NCBI GenBank assembly: GCA_947259115.1
Contig: CAMYKS010000004.1
Span: 66,810-130,809, forward strand
DNA from: an uncultured Desulfobulbaceae bacterium
GTDB taxonomy: Bacteria; Desulfobacterota; Desulfobulbia; Desulfobulbales; BM004
Reading direction: 5' to 3'
Length of the DNA: 64,000 nucleotides
A program made the position numbers and the translations under genes. The notes beneath the pieces are model-generated. The model had not been told where the DNA came from and ran no database searches. It saw only the letters and a program-made list of their open reading frames with translations. This document shows, piece after piece, positions 35,972 to 46,511 of this stretch. Each line of letters begins with the position of its first letter. Position 1 is the stretch's first letter.

Positions 35972-36448
35972 TTATGTGCTTTTTTCCCAGACCAGGGCTT
36001 CCTCATTGCAATCCGGAAACTTGGAGCAATTGATACAGTCACTCCAGACCTTGTGGGGCAACTCTGACTTATCAATATCCCGAAAGCCGAGCTTTCTAAA
36101 AAAATCAGGCTGGTACGTCAGGGTAAAGACCCTGGTAATGCCATAGGAGTCAGCCTCGGCCAGGGCCTTAGTAATAAGAGCCCCCCCGACCCCTTTGCCG
36201 TGAAACTCGTCAACAACTGCCAGCGATCTTATTTCAGCAAGGTTGTCCCAGCATATATGCAGGGCGCAGACCCCGACCAGCTTCTCCTGATCCGAATCCT
36301 TTTCCTCCTTATCCACATAGACACTGAAATCCCGCAACTGATCGTACAAAGAACTTAAAGAGCGCCCCAACAGGAGATCCTTGTCGGCGTAGTACTTCAG
36401 CAGATTATAAATTTTCTTTATGTCACCCATGCGGGCACTGCGTATCAT
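35972..36448 (-). CDS. GNAT-family N-acetyltransferase (ArgA C-terminal-domain-like)
   Basis: Motif A LAVVDEFHGKGVGGALI. Size 158 aa. Confidence 0.8.
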   Translation of the reverse strand: MIRSARMGDIKKIYNLLKYYADKDLLLGRSLSSLYDQLRDFSVYVDKEEKDSDQEKLVGVCALHICWDNLAEIRSLAVVDEFHGKGVGGALITKALAEADSYGITRVFTLTYQPDFFRKLGFRDIDKSELPHKVWSDCINCSKFPDCNEEALVWEKST

Positions 36449-36483
36449 TTTAGCGCTCTTTCCTCACATTCTTATAATCATCT

Positions 36484-36507
36484 GGGGACAGATTTAAATC
36501 TGTCCCC
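36484..36507. repeat. Perfect palindrome GGGGACAGATTTAAATCTGTCCCC; a near-copy lies at 48933..48957
   Basis: Read directly. The second copy is GGGGACAGATTAGAAATCTGTCCCC. Both are intergenic, downstream of minus-strand genes. Confidence 0.8.
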
Positions 36508-36631
36508 TATTAAAAAAGAACCGGATCAGGATGGTATCCGGCGCAATAAATGCATTAATGCCATTAGATGGCGGCGCCATCTTACTCCGAGAGAAAGACA
36601 GGGTCAAGCACTGCAGCAATGTTTTGCATGT

Positions 36632-36859
36632 CTAGCCGGGAGGCAGAAGTATTGTCTGCCCTGCCCAGATGCCCAGGAGAAACATCCATAAAAAAATACA
36701 GAATAACAGGGCCCCAACCCCCAGCAAGCCGCCCAGCGAGAGTTCAAACTTTATTTTCTTTTTCTTCTTCCTGCTCCTGGCCACTCTATCAATTGTTACT
36801 GTTGAGTTTTGAATTCTTATTATTATATCTGTCTGCCTGTCTGCCTGCCTGTAAATCAT
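36632..36859 (-). CDS. Possible small single-TM protein downstream of argS (75 aa)
   Basis: A lysine-rich stretch (RSRKKKKKIK) is followed by a TM segment (LGGLLGVGALLFCIFLWMFLLGIW). No clear SD, and the N-terminus is encoded by low-complexity DNA. Confidence 0.3.
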   Translation of the reverse strand: MIYRQADRQTDIIIRIQNSTVTIDRVARSRKKKKKIKFELSLGGLLGVGALLFCIFLWMFLLGIWAGQTILLPPG

Positions 36860-37007
36860 CAGACGTTTAATAGACTGATAATCATTGGGTTATCTCGTTA
36901 CCCGGTAATCATCGCTCACTTTGTAGAACGGTAATCAGCAGCAGTATATTTTCAGATAAATTTGAATTGCTCCTAAAATCCTTTTCTCTTTGAGGCCTAA
37001 TTTTTAA

Positions 37008-37054
37008 GCCCTCAGCCTTTAACCTTTAGCCTTCAGCCTTCACCCTTCACCCTG
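37008..37054. repeat. Degenerate heptamer tandem repeat (CCTTYAR)x~7
   Basis: GCCCTCA GCCTTTA ACCTTTA GCCTTCA GCCTTCA CCCTTCA CCCTGAA, immediately 3' of the argS stop. Confidence 0.7.
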
Positions 37055-37057
37055 AAA

Positions 37058-38716
37058 TTACATGGTTTCCGGGGCGGAAAGGCCGACTACCCGCAGACCG
37101 TTGTGGAATACGATGCGAAGTGCTTCGGCAAGCCATAGCCTGGCCTGGGTGAGTTCCGGGTCGTCTGAAATTACCAGGTGGCTGTTATAATAACTGTGAA
37201 ACTGCCCGGCAAGATCCATGAGGAAAAAGATAATCCGATGTGGTGACAGGTCAAGGGCAGAATCTTCTACTAATTCCGGATAGGAGGCAAGTGCCTTGAG
37301 CATGTTGAGTTCCTCTGGCAAGGACAACTTCCCGAGGGAAACCTCTTGCAGCGGGTTGCGCCTAATGTTTTTTTCTTCTGCCTTCTTCTGGATACTGCGC
37401 AGGCGGGCATTGGCATACTGCACATAAAATACAGGATTTTCCTGGCTCTCTTTCGTGGCCAGGTCCAGATCAAATTCCAGCTGGCTGTCCGCCTTGCGTG
37501 TCAAGAAGAAAAACCTGATCACATCCGGGCCGACTTCGTCAAAAAGCTCATCAACGGTGATGAAATTTGCCTTCCTGGTTGACATCTTTACCTGTTTGCC
37601 TTCACGGGTCAGGGTAACAAACTGATGGAGAACCACAGTCACCATGGAATCATCATAGCCAAGCGCCCTGATTCCGGCCAGAACATCGGGAACGGTCGCA
37701 ATATGATCAGAACCGAAGATATTGACCAGCCAATCAAAGCCCCGTTTTAATTTTTCCCTGTGATAGGCAATATCAGGAAGCCTGTAGGTGGGCTCGCCCG
37801 TGCTTTTAATGATGACACGGTCCTGCTCCTGGCCGAACTCCGTGGTCTTGAACCAGACCGCCCCGTCATGATCATAGGCCAGGCCTTTTTCGCGCAGCCG
37901 GGCAACCACATCATCGACCAGTCCTTTTTCATATAACGAATGCTCGTTGTAGTAATTATCAAACCTGATGTCGAGTCGTGCAAGCGTTTCGGCAATATTG
38001 GCAAATATCTCCTGCTCCGCCTTTTCCTTAAAAGGCGCAACATCAGCTGTATCTTTCAGGGAATCATTTTTTTCAGATATGAGTTTCCTGGCTATGTCAT
38101 AGATATATTCACCCTGGTAACCGTCTTCAGGAAACTCAGCCCCAAGATCCAGGAGCTCCATATACCTGGCCCTGGTGGATTCTCCCAGGACGCGCATCTG
38201 CCGTCCTGCATCATTGTAATAGTATTCCCGTGTAACCTCATGACCGGTTGCCTCCAGGAGCCTGGCTATGGCATCACCCAGGACAGCCTGGCGGCCGTGG
38301 CCGATGGATAATGGTCCTGTGGGGTTGGCACTGACAAACTCGACCAGCACCTTTTTCTGTTGCCCTATGCCGGAAGAGCCATATCCATAAGCCTTTTCAC
38401 AGACAGGTTTTATGACAGACTGCCAGACTGCATCCCGGACAAAGAAGTTGACAAAGCCCGGCCCCGCAATCTCAACCTTAGAAAACAGGTCAATATGCGT
38501 ACCCATCTGTTCAGCAAGCAGAGATGCAACCTCACGGGGATTTTTCTTTTCACGGCCTCCAATAAGCATGGCCATGTTGGTTGAAAAATCACCATGGGAG
38601 GTATGCTTGGGCAGTTCCACCGCATATGAGCCGGCAGCAGCATTGGTCCACAGGCCCTGCTCGACTCCCTCGTTGAAATATTTGTCTAAAATGTCTTTGA
38701 TTTGTTCTTTTATCAT
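37058..38716 (-). CDS. argS: Arginine--tRNA ligase
   Basis: SANPTGPLSIGHGR (HIGH region), overall ArgS architecture and C-terminal anticodon-binding domain ending in ...APETM. Confidence 0.97.
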   Translation of the reverse strand: MIKEQIKDILDKYFNEGVEQGLWTNAAAGSYAVELPKHTSHGDFSTNMAMLIGGREKKNPREVASLLAEQMGTHIDLFSKVEIAGPGFVNFFVRDAVWQSVIKPVCEKAYGYGSSGIGQQKKVLVEFVSANPTGPLSIGHGRQAVLGDAIARLLEATGHEVTREYYYNDAGRQMRVLGESTRARYMELLDLGAEFPEDGYQGEYIYDIARKLISEKNDSLKDTADVAPFKEKAEQEIFANIAETLARLDIRFDNYYNEHSLYEKGLVDDVVARLREKGLAYDHDGAVWFKTTEFGQEQDRVIIKSTGEPTYRLPDIAYHREKLKRGFDWLVNIFGSDHIATVPDVLAGIRALGYDDSMVTVVLHQFVTLTREGKQVKMSTRKANFITVDELFDEVGPDVIRFFFLTRKADSQLEFDLDLATKESQENPVFYVQYANARLRSIQKKAEEKNIRRNPLQEVSLGKLSLPEELNMLKALASYPELVEDSALDLSPHRIIFFLMDLAGQFHSYYNSHLVISDDPELTQARLWLAEALRIVFHNGLRVVGLSAPETM

Positions 38717-38888
38717 TATTTACTCAATTTATATTTGTCGAAAATTTACGGAAAGAATCAAAATATATAATTTTTTATCAAAATTCAGGAGCTTTTGAAT
38801 TTAGTCCAGATTTAAGGAAGAACAGGTTCGGCTATGGCATACCATGCCGAATCTGTGATGACACAAAAGATGGGCTTAATTCAAAAGC

Positions 38889-40028
38889 TCATACATATAC
38901 TCTTTCGTTGAATGAGCCGAACAGACACAACACTTCATAGCTTATAGACTCCAGCCACCCGGCAATCTCATCAGCGGTAATGTTTTCATCACCCTGTCTT
39001 CCCAGGAGAACGACCTCATCACCTACAAGAACCCGGGGCAGATCCGTTATATCAACCATGGTGGCATTCATACAGACCCGACCGCAGACAGGTGCCCGCC
39101 TGCCATCAATTAATACCTCTGCCCTGTTGGAAAGTTTTCTGAGATAACCGTCGGCATACCCGACCGGCAATACTGCAATTCTGCTTTTACGGCGTGTCAC
39201 AAATGTATGGCCATAGCTTATACCGCAACCCGCATCCAATTCCTTTATCTGCAAAACCCTGGTTTTAAAACCCATTACAGGCTGCAGATGCAGCGCGGGA
39301 GCAGAAGCCTGAGCCCTGGCAGGGGAAGCATCAGGATAATAGCCGTAGAGGCTGATACCCGGCCGGACCATATCAAGATGGCTGCCGGGGAAATTAATGA
39401 GCCCTGCAGAATTGGCAATATGGGCTACAACTGCCTCCGCTTCTTTTATATTCAACTGAGTCACAACATTTCTGAAGAGAGCTAATTGCTCCTGGGTGGT
39501 CCCTACAGCTCCTGTCTCATCGGCAGCTGGAAAGTGACTCAGCACCCCGGACAGCGATATGCCCGGCAACCGTTTCAGCAGTGAAACATGCGATTCCACC
39601 TGATGGGGCAGGACCCCGAGCCTGCCCATGCCGACATCCACCTTCAAATGCACCCCTACTTCAGTATTCTTCCTCACGGCCTCATGGGAAAGTCCTGTGA
39701 TGAAATCAATATCAAAGACAACCGGTGTCAGGCTGTATTTAATAATCTCGCCATAGGATTCAGAATCCCCTCCCAGAAGTACGACAATCTCACCCTGCAG
39801 TCCGGCCCGGCGCAGTGCTGCTCCCTCCCATACTTCGGCCACACCGAAGGTCCTGCCTCCGGCACGGTATATTGCCTGGGCACATTCAACCAGGCCGTGG
39901 CCATAGGCATCCGACTTGACGACAGCCATGATCCTGACCTGCTGCCCGACTGTCTGTTGAATGCTTTGAAAGTTGGCCTGCAGGGCTCCAGTATCTATCT
40001 CGACCCTGTTAAAAGAACGTGGTTTCAT
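38889..40028 (-). CDS. alr: Alanine racemase
   Basis: AVVKSDAYGHG PLP-lysine motif. Start moved to MKPRSF (ATG 40028), 2 nt after the upstream gene's stop (the stop ends at 40031). Confidence 0.9.
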   Translation of the reverse strand: MKPRSFNRVEIDTGALQANFQSIQQTVGQQVRIMAVVKSDAYGHGLVECAQAIYRAGGRTFGVAEVWEGAALRRAGLQGEIVVLLGGDSESYGEIIKYSLTPVVFDIDFITGLSHEAVRKNTEVGVHLKVDVGMGRLGVLPHQVESHVSLLKRLPGISLSGVLSHFPAADETGAVGTTQEQLALFRNVVTQLNIKEAEAVVAHIANSAGLINFPGSHLDMVRPGISLYGYYPDASPARAQASAPALHLQPVMGFKTRVLQIKELDAGCGISYGHTFVTRRKSRIAVLPVGYADGYLRKLSNRAEVLIDGRRAPVCGRVCMNATMVDITDLPRVLVGDEVVLLGRQGDENITADEIAGWLESISYEVLCLFGSFNERVYV

Positions 40029-40030
40029 GG

Positions 40031-40465
40031 TCAGGGACTCCTCTTCCATTCCAGCCACATCAGTCTGCTGGCAAGCAAAAGAGCGCAACCCACTCCAGTG
40101 TATATAAGTCCGACTACTTCACCAGGCAAAACCGTAGTGCGTAAAATCCTGCCCAAAATAATCATGGCCGCCACCAGAACCCATGTTTTCCATGAGTATA
40201 CGGAACCGATGCAGACTTTATCATCAAATGCCTTAATTCTTTTCACATTTTTCCGGGCCACCCGGTCAAGGACAAAAAAAGTCTTGGCAGCTCCAAGGGC
40301 CAGGCCAATCACTCCGTACCATAACTTATTTTGCAACGATACTAAGACAAAACCGTTCATGAGTAGAAAAAAACCGACCACACTCCAGATTATGGCGGCG
40401 AGAAACAAATGGGTTCTCACTGAAACGCCGGGCTTGTACCGTTGCAGGATCTCTTTTAAACCCAT
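40031..40465 (-). CDS. Hypothetical 4-TM membrane protein
   Basis: Four hydrophobic segments, tightly coupled upstream of alr. No family recognised. Confidence 0.6.
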   Translation of the reverse strand: MGLKEILQRYKPGVSVRTHLFLAAIIWSVVGFFLLMNGFVLVSLQNKLWYGVIGLALGAAKTFFVLDRVARKNVKRIKAFDDKVCIGSVYSWKTWVLVAAMIILGRILRTTVLPGEVVGLIYTGVGCALLLASRLMWLEWKRSP

Positions 40466-40821
40466 CTGATCCGTCTATTCTCCAATTTGATGAAAAAAAT
40501 TATATGCAGGCTAATTTCATTATCCAATGAGCTGCATCATATAGCCCGGATTCAGGTAAGCGATCAACGGGTGATCCCGAGAGGAAAAATCAGCTCAGAT
40601 ATATATGTTCTGAGCTTTGTTGGTGTCCCGGATATTGGTAAGTGATCAACGGAAGACTCCGAGGTAGAGTATGTCCAGTTATGGTCCACCATGCCGGGCA
40701 GACGGAGCCACCCAGGATGGGTATAAACAAAGTCTTACATACAAAAAAACATAGGCCTGTCCCTTCTTCAGGAAACAGGCCTATGGGTTACATCGTAGAG
40801 TCTGCTTTCTCTAAAAAGAAA

Positions 40822-41007
40822 TTAAACCTCTGTTACGGTGATTGCGCCTTCAGGGCAAACCTCAACACAGGTTTCACAGCCGAGGCATTCGTCCATATTA
40901 ACCGGATCGGATTTCCCGTCTACCATTTCATAAACCTGCGCCGGACATGCATCAACACATTCTTCGTCGCCGCTACATTTGTCTTTGTCAACTACAACTT
41001 CCCACAT
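40822..41007 (-). CDS. Small 4Fe-4S ferredoxin (Desulfovibrio-type, 61 aa)
   Basis: CSGDEECVDACP and CLGCETCVEVCP motifs. Confidence 0.9.
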   Translation of the reverse strand: MWEVVVDKDKCSGDEECVDACPAQVYEMVDGKSDPVNMDECLGCETCVEVCPEGAITVTEV

Positions 41008-41363
41008 AGTAAAACCTCCATGTAAATTAATTATTGTTTAGAACAAGTCAAAAGGACCAGTTATTCCTAAAATGAGGACAATCTCCTATTTGAAGAATCA
41101 TCACGCACGAAAACTATTCCCCTCTAATTCACCCCCCCTTTTTTGTCAATAAAAAAATCCACCAAATAATACGTGAAACTACTGAGTATGAAAAAAGGGA
41201 TAAAGGAAAGCAGGAAATAGCTGTTGACCTACTATTTCTTTTCAGAGTAGATTGTCACACTTACGTTCCTAATATAAGCATTATTTCCAGTGAGGCAATG
41301 CAAAATTTTTACTATGATAACAGCAACATATACCACATTCAAATTTCAACAATTTTATATATC

Positions 41364-41708
41364 ATGAAAAAAGACCAGAAGAAAAATGAAAATGGCTGGG
41401 CCCCGGAAAAATCAGAAGAAGCCATGATCCAGGGAATTATCGAAGGAAGCCCGGATGCCGTCGGGGTCGCAGTGATCAGGCTGGACTGCGGCTGCCGCAA
41501 GATGGCGGCTGTGGCCAAGGACGGTGAACCGGCAAGCAAGGTGATCATGTACCGTGACCGGTCTGAATCCATCTGTGACAAGTGCAAGGAGGACAACGGC
41601 TCCTACATGCGCATCACAACCCAGTTTATCCACTGGCCAAGCCCGGAACCGGATGCCGACACCAAAAAAATGATCTATGAAAAAGTCCTTGGCATTAAAA
41701 CACAGTAA
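41364..41708 (+). CDS. Hypothetical Cys-containing protein (114 aa)
   Basis: Open frame starting at MKKDQKK, containing CGC and CDKC motifs. No family recognised, and the start is uncertain. Confidence 0.45.
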   Translation: MKKDQKKNENGWAPEKSEEAMIQGIIEGSPDAVGVAVIRLDCGCRKMAAVAKDGEPASKVIMYRDRSESICDKCKEDNGSYMRITTQFIHWPSPEPDADTKKMIYEKVLGIKTQ

Positions 41709-42159
41709 CAGGCCATAATACGGTGCTTTATCCGTCCATGCAATACACTGCTGCATACATGTTTTTGATAAATTGAGCGCCACCTGATTATGTGCGAATT
41801 CCGGCACGAAAATCCAGCCTGAAACGTAAAATATTCACTGGTTGTATTACCCCTTTAAAAACCAATTGCAGGTTCGCATACATTTGCCGGGCACCTGGAC
41901 CTCTATATGGTGCTTGTATCAACCCTGCACCTCCTGAATTTCCCCAAACCAAATAGTTGCTTTTCAGCAAGCGCCATACCCGTACAGATTATCATTGGGA
42001 TATAATTGTCACAGCTACCGTATCCCACTGACAATTTTTGTCACTTTTTCGTCTTTTTCTCCTGAGAATATATTTACAGCAATCACGCATGAAAACAATA
42101 GTTACGCAACTTACTGATAATACTTATCAGAAATAATCTTGGTAAATTTTACAGCAAAA

Positions 42160-42175
42160 TGGATCACTTCTTGCA
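42160..42175 (+). promoter_or_regulatory. Possible sigma54 promoter upstream of the SBP-MCP pair
   Basis: TGGATC-ACTTC-TTGCA has correct GG-N10-GC spacing. It lies 130 nt upstream of the ATG at 42304. No TGTTGCA-type UAS was seen nearby. Confidence 0.35.
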
Positions 42176-42303
42176 ATACAGCTACGGATGCAAATTTCCG
42201 GCTATTTATTTTGCATGGCATACAGAAACTTCAAAGTAAAACAATTGTCCAACTTTACTTCCTAAGCCAGTCATAAATTGTAAACACTCACGAGGAGGAA
42301 GAA

Positions 42304-43269
42304 ATGAGAAAATTAGTAAAAATCACTCTGTTGGTAAGCATGGCGGTATTCCTGGCAGCAACATCTTTTGCCGCAGAATACAGTGGTAAGAAAATTCTCT
42401 TTATTGATTCATACCATGAAGGCTATGCCTGGAGTGACGGCATTGTAAACTCTGTAATAGCTGGCCTGGATGGCACCGGTGCAGAACTAAAAATCGTCAG
42501 GATGGATACAAAAAGAAACAAGGATGAATCTTTCAAGAAAGAGGCTGCCCTTAAGGTTAAAGGAGCCATCGAACAATTCAAACCCGATGTGGTTATTGCT
42601 GCGGATGATAATGCTTCAAAGTATGTAATTGTACCATTTTACAAGAATTCCAACTTACCTTTCGTGTTCGTTGGGTTAAATTGGGACGCCTCAATCTATG
42701 GCTTTCCCACAAAAAATGTTACCGGCATGGTGGAGGTTTCCCCCATTCCCCAGTTGCTTGACCAGTTAAAACCCTATGCCAAAGGAACCAGGATAGGACA
42801 CTTAGGTGCAGATGTAACCTCGAGCAGAAAAGAAGGAAAGTATTACAAGAAAATTTTCAATATCGACCTTGTTGAATACTATGCAACCGATCTTGCCGAT
42901 TGGAAAAAGGGCTTTGTCGAGGTTCAAAACCAGGTTGATGTGATGATCGTTGGCAATAAGGCCGGGATCAATGACTGGGATGATAAGGATGCAGCAGCCT
43001 TTGCCGAAACCAATACCAAAATCCCCACCGGCGCCACCCAACCATTCATTGCCGATTACGCCATGATCACCTTTGCTAAGGTTGCAGAAGAATTTGGCGA
43101 TTGGGCTGCCAAAACCGCCCTGCAGGTTCTAGATGGCACTTCTCCGGCCGATATCCCCATGGTCAAGAACGTCATGGGCTCTCTTATCATCAATGTCAGA
43201 ATAGCCAAAGCATTCGGGGCAGAGATACCCTATGAACTTTTGGGAACTGCAGACCGTGTTATCGAATAG
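42304..43269 (+). CDS. Periplasmic ABC-type substrate-binding-fold protein (ABC_sub_bind/PF04392-like)
   Basis: Signal peptide, then KKILFIDSYHEGYAWSDGIV, typical of this family. No transporter genes are adjacent, and it precedes an MCP. Confidence 0.65.
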   Translation: MRKLVKITLLVSMAVFLAATSFAAEYSGKKILFIDSYHEGYAWSDGIVNSVIAGLDGTGAELKIVRMDTKRNKDESFKKEAALKVKGAIEQFKPDVVIAADDNASKYVIVPFYKNSNLPFVFVGLNWDASIYGFPTKNVTGMVEVSPIPQLLDQLKPYAKGTRIGHLGADVTSSRKEGKYYKKIFNIDLVEYYATDLADWKKGFVEVQNQVDVMIVGNKAGINDWDDKDAAAFAETNTKIPTGATQPFIADYAMITFAKVAEEFGDWAAKTALQVLDGTSPADIPMVKNVMGSLIINVRIAKAFGAEIPYELLGTADRVIE

Positions 43270-43360
43270 CGTCCGACCTGCAAATCAATTGTAAACAGTT
43301 CCGGCCCAAATGCCTGCTGCCGTCTCCCAAGCACCCAAAATAAATGTTGTGGGGAAAGAC

Positions 43361-45469
43361 ATGACCAAAAGCCTGAGAAGTAAAATTCTTATCCCGACCC
43401 TCGTGTTAATCATCCTGGGCATGATCATTTCTACGGTCGTATCATACATAACAGCAAAAGCAGCTTTTCAGGAATCAGTCTCCGGTATGGTTTCCCAAAC
43501 AACCGATTCAACGGTTGATGCCATATCGTTGTGGATGAGAGACCGGAAACTTGACTTTGAAAGCTGGAGCGACCAGAAGGTCTACCAGGCTTCAGTGCAG
43601 GACAGTTTTCTGGGAAAAGCCGCGCGCAAAAGCGCCAATGAAGAACTGGCGCACCTGAAAGAGAAGTACGTGTATTACGAGGATATTGTCCTGGTGGATA
43701 AAGGCGGCACTATCATAGCCGCATCAAATCCCGATATCATAGGTGCCATGCAGGCAGCCGAGTCTGAATATTTCAAGGCGGGGCTGAACGGCACTATCTT
43801 CATATCAGATGTCATAAAAAGCGGAAAAAGCGGAGCTCCGGTCTTTGTTCTTGCCGCCCCCGTTGGTCAAAATGACACGGTTGAAGGCGTACTGTTGGGC
43901 TTCATAGATTTAGATTATTTCAGCAGAACTTTTATTGATTCTATTCGTTTGGGTAATACCGGTTACGCCTATATGATGAATCGAAACGGACTCGTTATTG
44001 CCCATCCGGATAAGGAAAACATCCTGACGCTTGATCTGGCAAAGTATGATTTCGGCCAAGAGATTCTGACGCAAAAGGAAGGGCAGATAATCTATACATT
44101 CAATAATCTGGAAAAACTGGTTTCCTTTGCCACCTATGAAGAACTTGGTTGGATTATTGCAGCTGGTGCCGGAACTGCAGAGCTCTATGCACCTGCCAGG
44201 AAGATCAGGAAAGTCAGCCTGTTCATAGCTGTTTCCATGCTTTTCCTGGTGGCTTTGGCCTTAATTGTTGTTACAGGAAAAATAGTTAAGCCGATCAAAA
44301 AAGCGGTTGAACTGGCCAAGACTATCCGCGCCGGTGATCTCTCCCAGAGGTTGGATTCCGGCTCCGCAGATGAAGTGGGGCAACTCTCAATGGCCTTAAA
44401 TGAAATGGCCGACGGCCTTGAAAGAAAGGCCAGTCTGGCCAAAACCATTGAAGCAGGGGATCTCACCGTTGAAGTGGAACTGGCTTCCGAAAAGGATGTA
44501 CTTGGTAATGCCCTGAAAGGAATGAATAAGAATCTCAATGAGGTCCTTGGCCAGGTAAAAACAACGACGGAACAGGTTGCTTCAGGAGCAGTGCAGGTAT
44601 CAAATGCCAGCCAGTCACAGTCCCAAGGTGCCACCGAACAGGCCAGTTCTCTTGAGGAGATAAGCAGTTCCATAAGCGAGATGGCCCACCAGACCAAAAC
44701 CAATGCTGAGAATGCCAACCAGGCAAATCATCTTTCAGAACAGGCGAAGAATGCTGCAGAAAAAGGTAACACGCAAATGCAGGCAATGGTTAAGGCCATG
44801 GATGATATTAATGATGCCGGTCAGAATATCTCTAAAATCATTAAGGTAATTGACGAAATTGCATTCCAGACCAATCTCTTGGCATTAAATGCCGCAGTAG
44901 AAGCTGCCAGGGCCGGTAAGCACGGCAGGGGTTTTGCCGTGGTGGCTGAAGAGGTGAGAAATCTGGCGGCAAGAAGTACCAAAGCGGCCAAGGAAACGGC
45001 AGAGCTCATTGAAGGTTCGGTGGAGAGAACAAAAAAAGGCGCGGAAATTGCCAATCAAACAGCCAAGGCACTTACAGAAATTGTTGAAGGTATCGGTAAG
45101 GCAAGTGATTTGGTGGAAGAGATCGCCGTTGCCTCCAATGAGCAGGCACAGGGGATTTCCCAAGTGAATGGGGGGCTTGGACAGGTGGAGCAGATCACCC
45201 AGCAGAACACCGCCAATGCTGAAGAGTCCGCGGCAGCGGCGGAAGAGCTTTCAGCTCAGGCCAGCCAGTTGAGTTCCATGCTTGACCGGTTTAAACTGCA
45301 CGCTGATTTTAACAAATTACAGTTCACACAAGAAACAGCACAGCTTCAACGAAAACTTCCTGCTGCCAAGGGGGCTTATTCCGACTCCTCTGAGCAGCAG
45401 GAAAAAGCGAATCGCAATACGGCCGACAATATTATTGCCCTGGATGATCTGGAATTCGGCAAATATTGA
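43361..45469 (+). CDS. Methyl-accepting chemotaxis protein (dCache sensor, HAMP, MCP signalling domain)
   Basis: Cache-like [21 protein letters not shown]: [28 protein letters not shown]. Signalling hairpin: [40 protein letters not shown]. Start set at the ATG at 43361. Confidence 0.93.
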   Translation: MTKSLRSKILIPTLVLIILGMIISTVVSYITAKAAFQESVSGMVSQTTDSTVDAISLWMRDRKLDFESWSDQKVYQASVQDSFLGKAARKSANEELAHLKEKYVYYEDIVLVDKGGTIIAASNPDIIGAMQAAESEYFKAGLNGTIFISDVIKSGKSGAPVFVLAAPVGQNDTVEGVLLGFIDLDYFSRTFIDSIRLGNTGYAYMMNRNGLVIAHPDKENILTLDLAKYDFGQEILTQKEGQIIYTFNNLEKLVSFATYEELGWIIAAGAGTAELYAPARKIRKVSLFIAVSMLFLVALALIVVTGKIVKPIKKAVELAKTIRAGDLSQRLDSGSADEVGQLSMALNEMADGLERKASLAKTIEAGDLTVEVELASEKDVLGNALKGMNKNLNEVLGQVKTTTEQVASGAVQVSNASQSQSQGATEQASSLEEISSSISEMAHQTKTNAENANQANHLSEQAKNAAEKGNTQMQAMVKAMDDINDAGQNISKIIKVIDEIAFQTNLLALNAAVEAARAGKHGRGFAVVAEEVRNLAARSTKAAKETAELIEGSVERTKKGAEIANQTAKALTEIVEGIGKASDLVEEIAVASNEQAQGISQVNGGLGQVEQITQQNTANAEESAAAAEELSAQASQLSSMLDRFKLHADFNKLQFTQETAQLQRKLPAAKGAYSDSSEQQEKANRNTADNIIALDDLEFGKY

Positions 45470-45607
45470 GAAAGGCATAAAATACAAATCTCAGGCAAAA
45501 CAGCACCAGCAATAAAAACATGCTTAGTGTGAGACAGAATGTCGGTGGCTGCTTTGTCCTACCGTTTCCCTGTCCTCCGTGCATGTTATCACTTTAATAA
45601 AAATGCC

Positions 45608-45662
45608 CTAACCCGAATATTTCATGAACAGTTTTGAAAAAAATCTATTCAGTCACTTGGTA
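45608..45662. mobile_element. Fragment/short derivative of the MITE-like repeat (copy C)
   Basis: CTAACCCGAATATTTCATGAACAGTTTTGAAAAAAATCTATTCAGTCACTTGG matches the terminal repeat joined to the internal GAACAGTTTTGAAAAAAATCTATTCAGTCACTTGG block of copies A and B. Confidence 0.55.
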
Positions 45663-45912
45663 AAATCCGAACTCTGATCTTTATTGCCTTTCTTTATCAA
45701 ATCTTTAAACGGTCTTTATCTTTCCTTTACAACCCACTCTTATATTCTCCTGCATAAACTCATAACCTGACAAGCAACGAACAAGCTGCGCTTTCCAGCA
45801 GCATTTTATGGGCCGGGAATCCAGCCTGAAGGAGGTGATGCGTGTGGATGGGAGATAAAACAGATCGGGGACATATCAGATTTACTGCTGAATTTCAAAA
45901 CAACCGGAGGAT

Positions 45913-46377
45913 ATGAAGATGATAAAAAAATTAGCAATATTGACAATGGCAACATTATTTCTGCTGACAGCTGGCAGTGTTTTTGCAGGAAAAGGCAAAC
46001 CGAATTTCACCCCATCCGTCTATGCTGACGGCGTAGTCTGGGGAACTAAAGCAACTACCACAATTCCGGCTCCCAATGCCCATAACCTGCAGTCATACGA
46101 TATTCTTTATGTAATCACCAACGGTGCTGAGGTGCAATTACCGGTGAGTGATGCCGGCCCGGGTAATCGCTTGTATAATGGAGGCCGCTGGTTCACCCAC
46201 ACTGCAATGTGGACTCCGGACGGCATGATGGCCCATGACGAGCTTCCTGTTTTAAAATCCTATGAAGATATAATGTTTCACCATGACCTGGGACATCTGG
46301 ACATTTCTCCAGGTTCCCCAGCAGGCGGTCCACCGGACTTCTTCCAGTGTCCGTTGCTGCCGGTAAAAATGTGGTAG
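45913..46377 (+). CDS. Secreted hypothetical protein (154 aa)
   Basis: SD GGAGGA and a signal peptide (KKLAILTMATLFLLTAGSVFAG). No family recognised. Confidence 0.6.
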   Translation: MKMIKKLAILTMATLFLLTAGSVFAGKGKPNFTPSVYADGVVWGTKATTTIPAPNAHNLQSYDILYVITNGAEVQLPVSDAGPGNRLYNGGRWFTHTAMWTPDGMMAHDELPVLKSYEDIMFHHDLGHLDISPGSPAGGPPDFFQCPLLPVKMW

Positions 46378-46381
46378 GAGA

Positions 46382-46417
46382 AGTGCGGGTGTGTATTTTT
46401 TCTACATACCCGCACTC
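46382..46417. terminator. Bidirectional terminator hairpin between convergent genes
   Basis: AGTGCGGGTGTGTA-TTTTTTC-TACATACCCGCACT. Confidence 0.7.
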
Positions 46418-46511
46418 CCATAAGAAAGTGTCAGAATTAGATTTAACTTTTTAACAACTTATACCCTGAAAGGGTACTTGCCCGGGGGATACTTGCCCCC
46501 CTTTGTTACAT

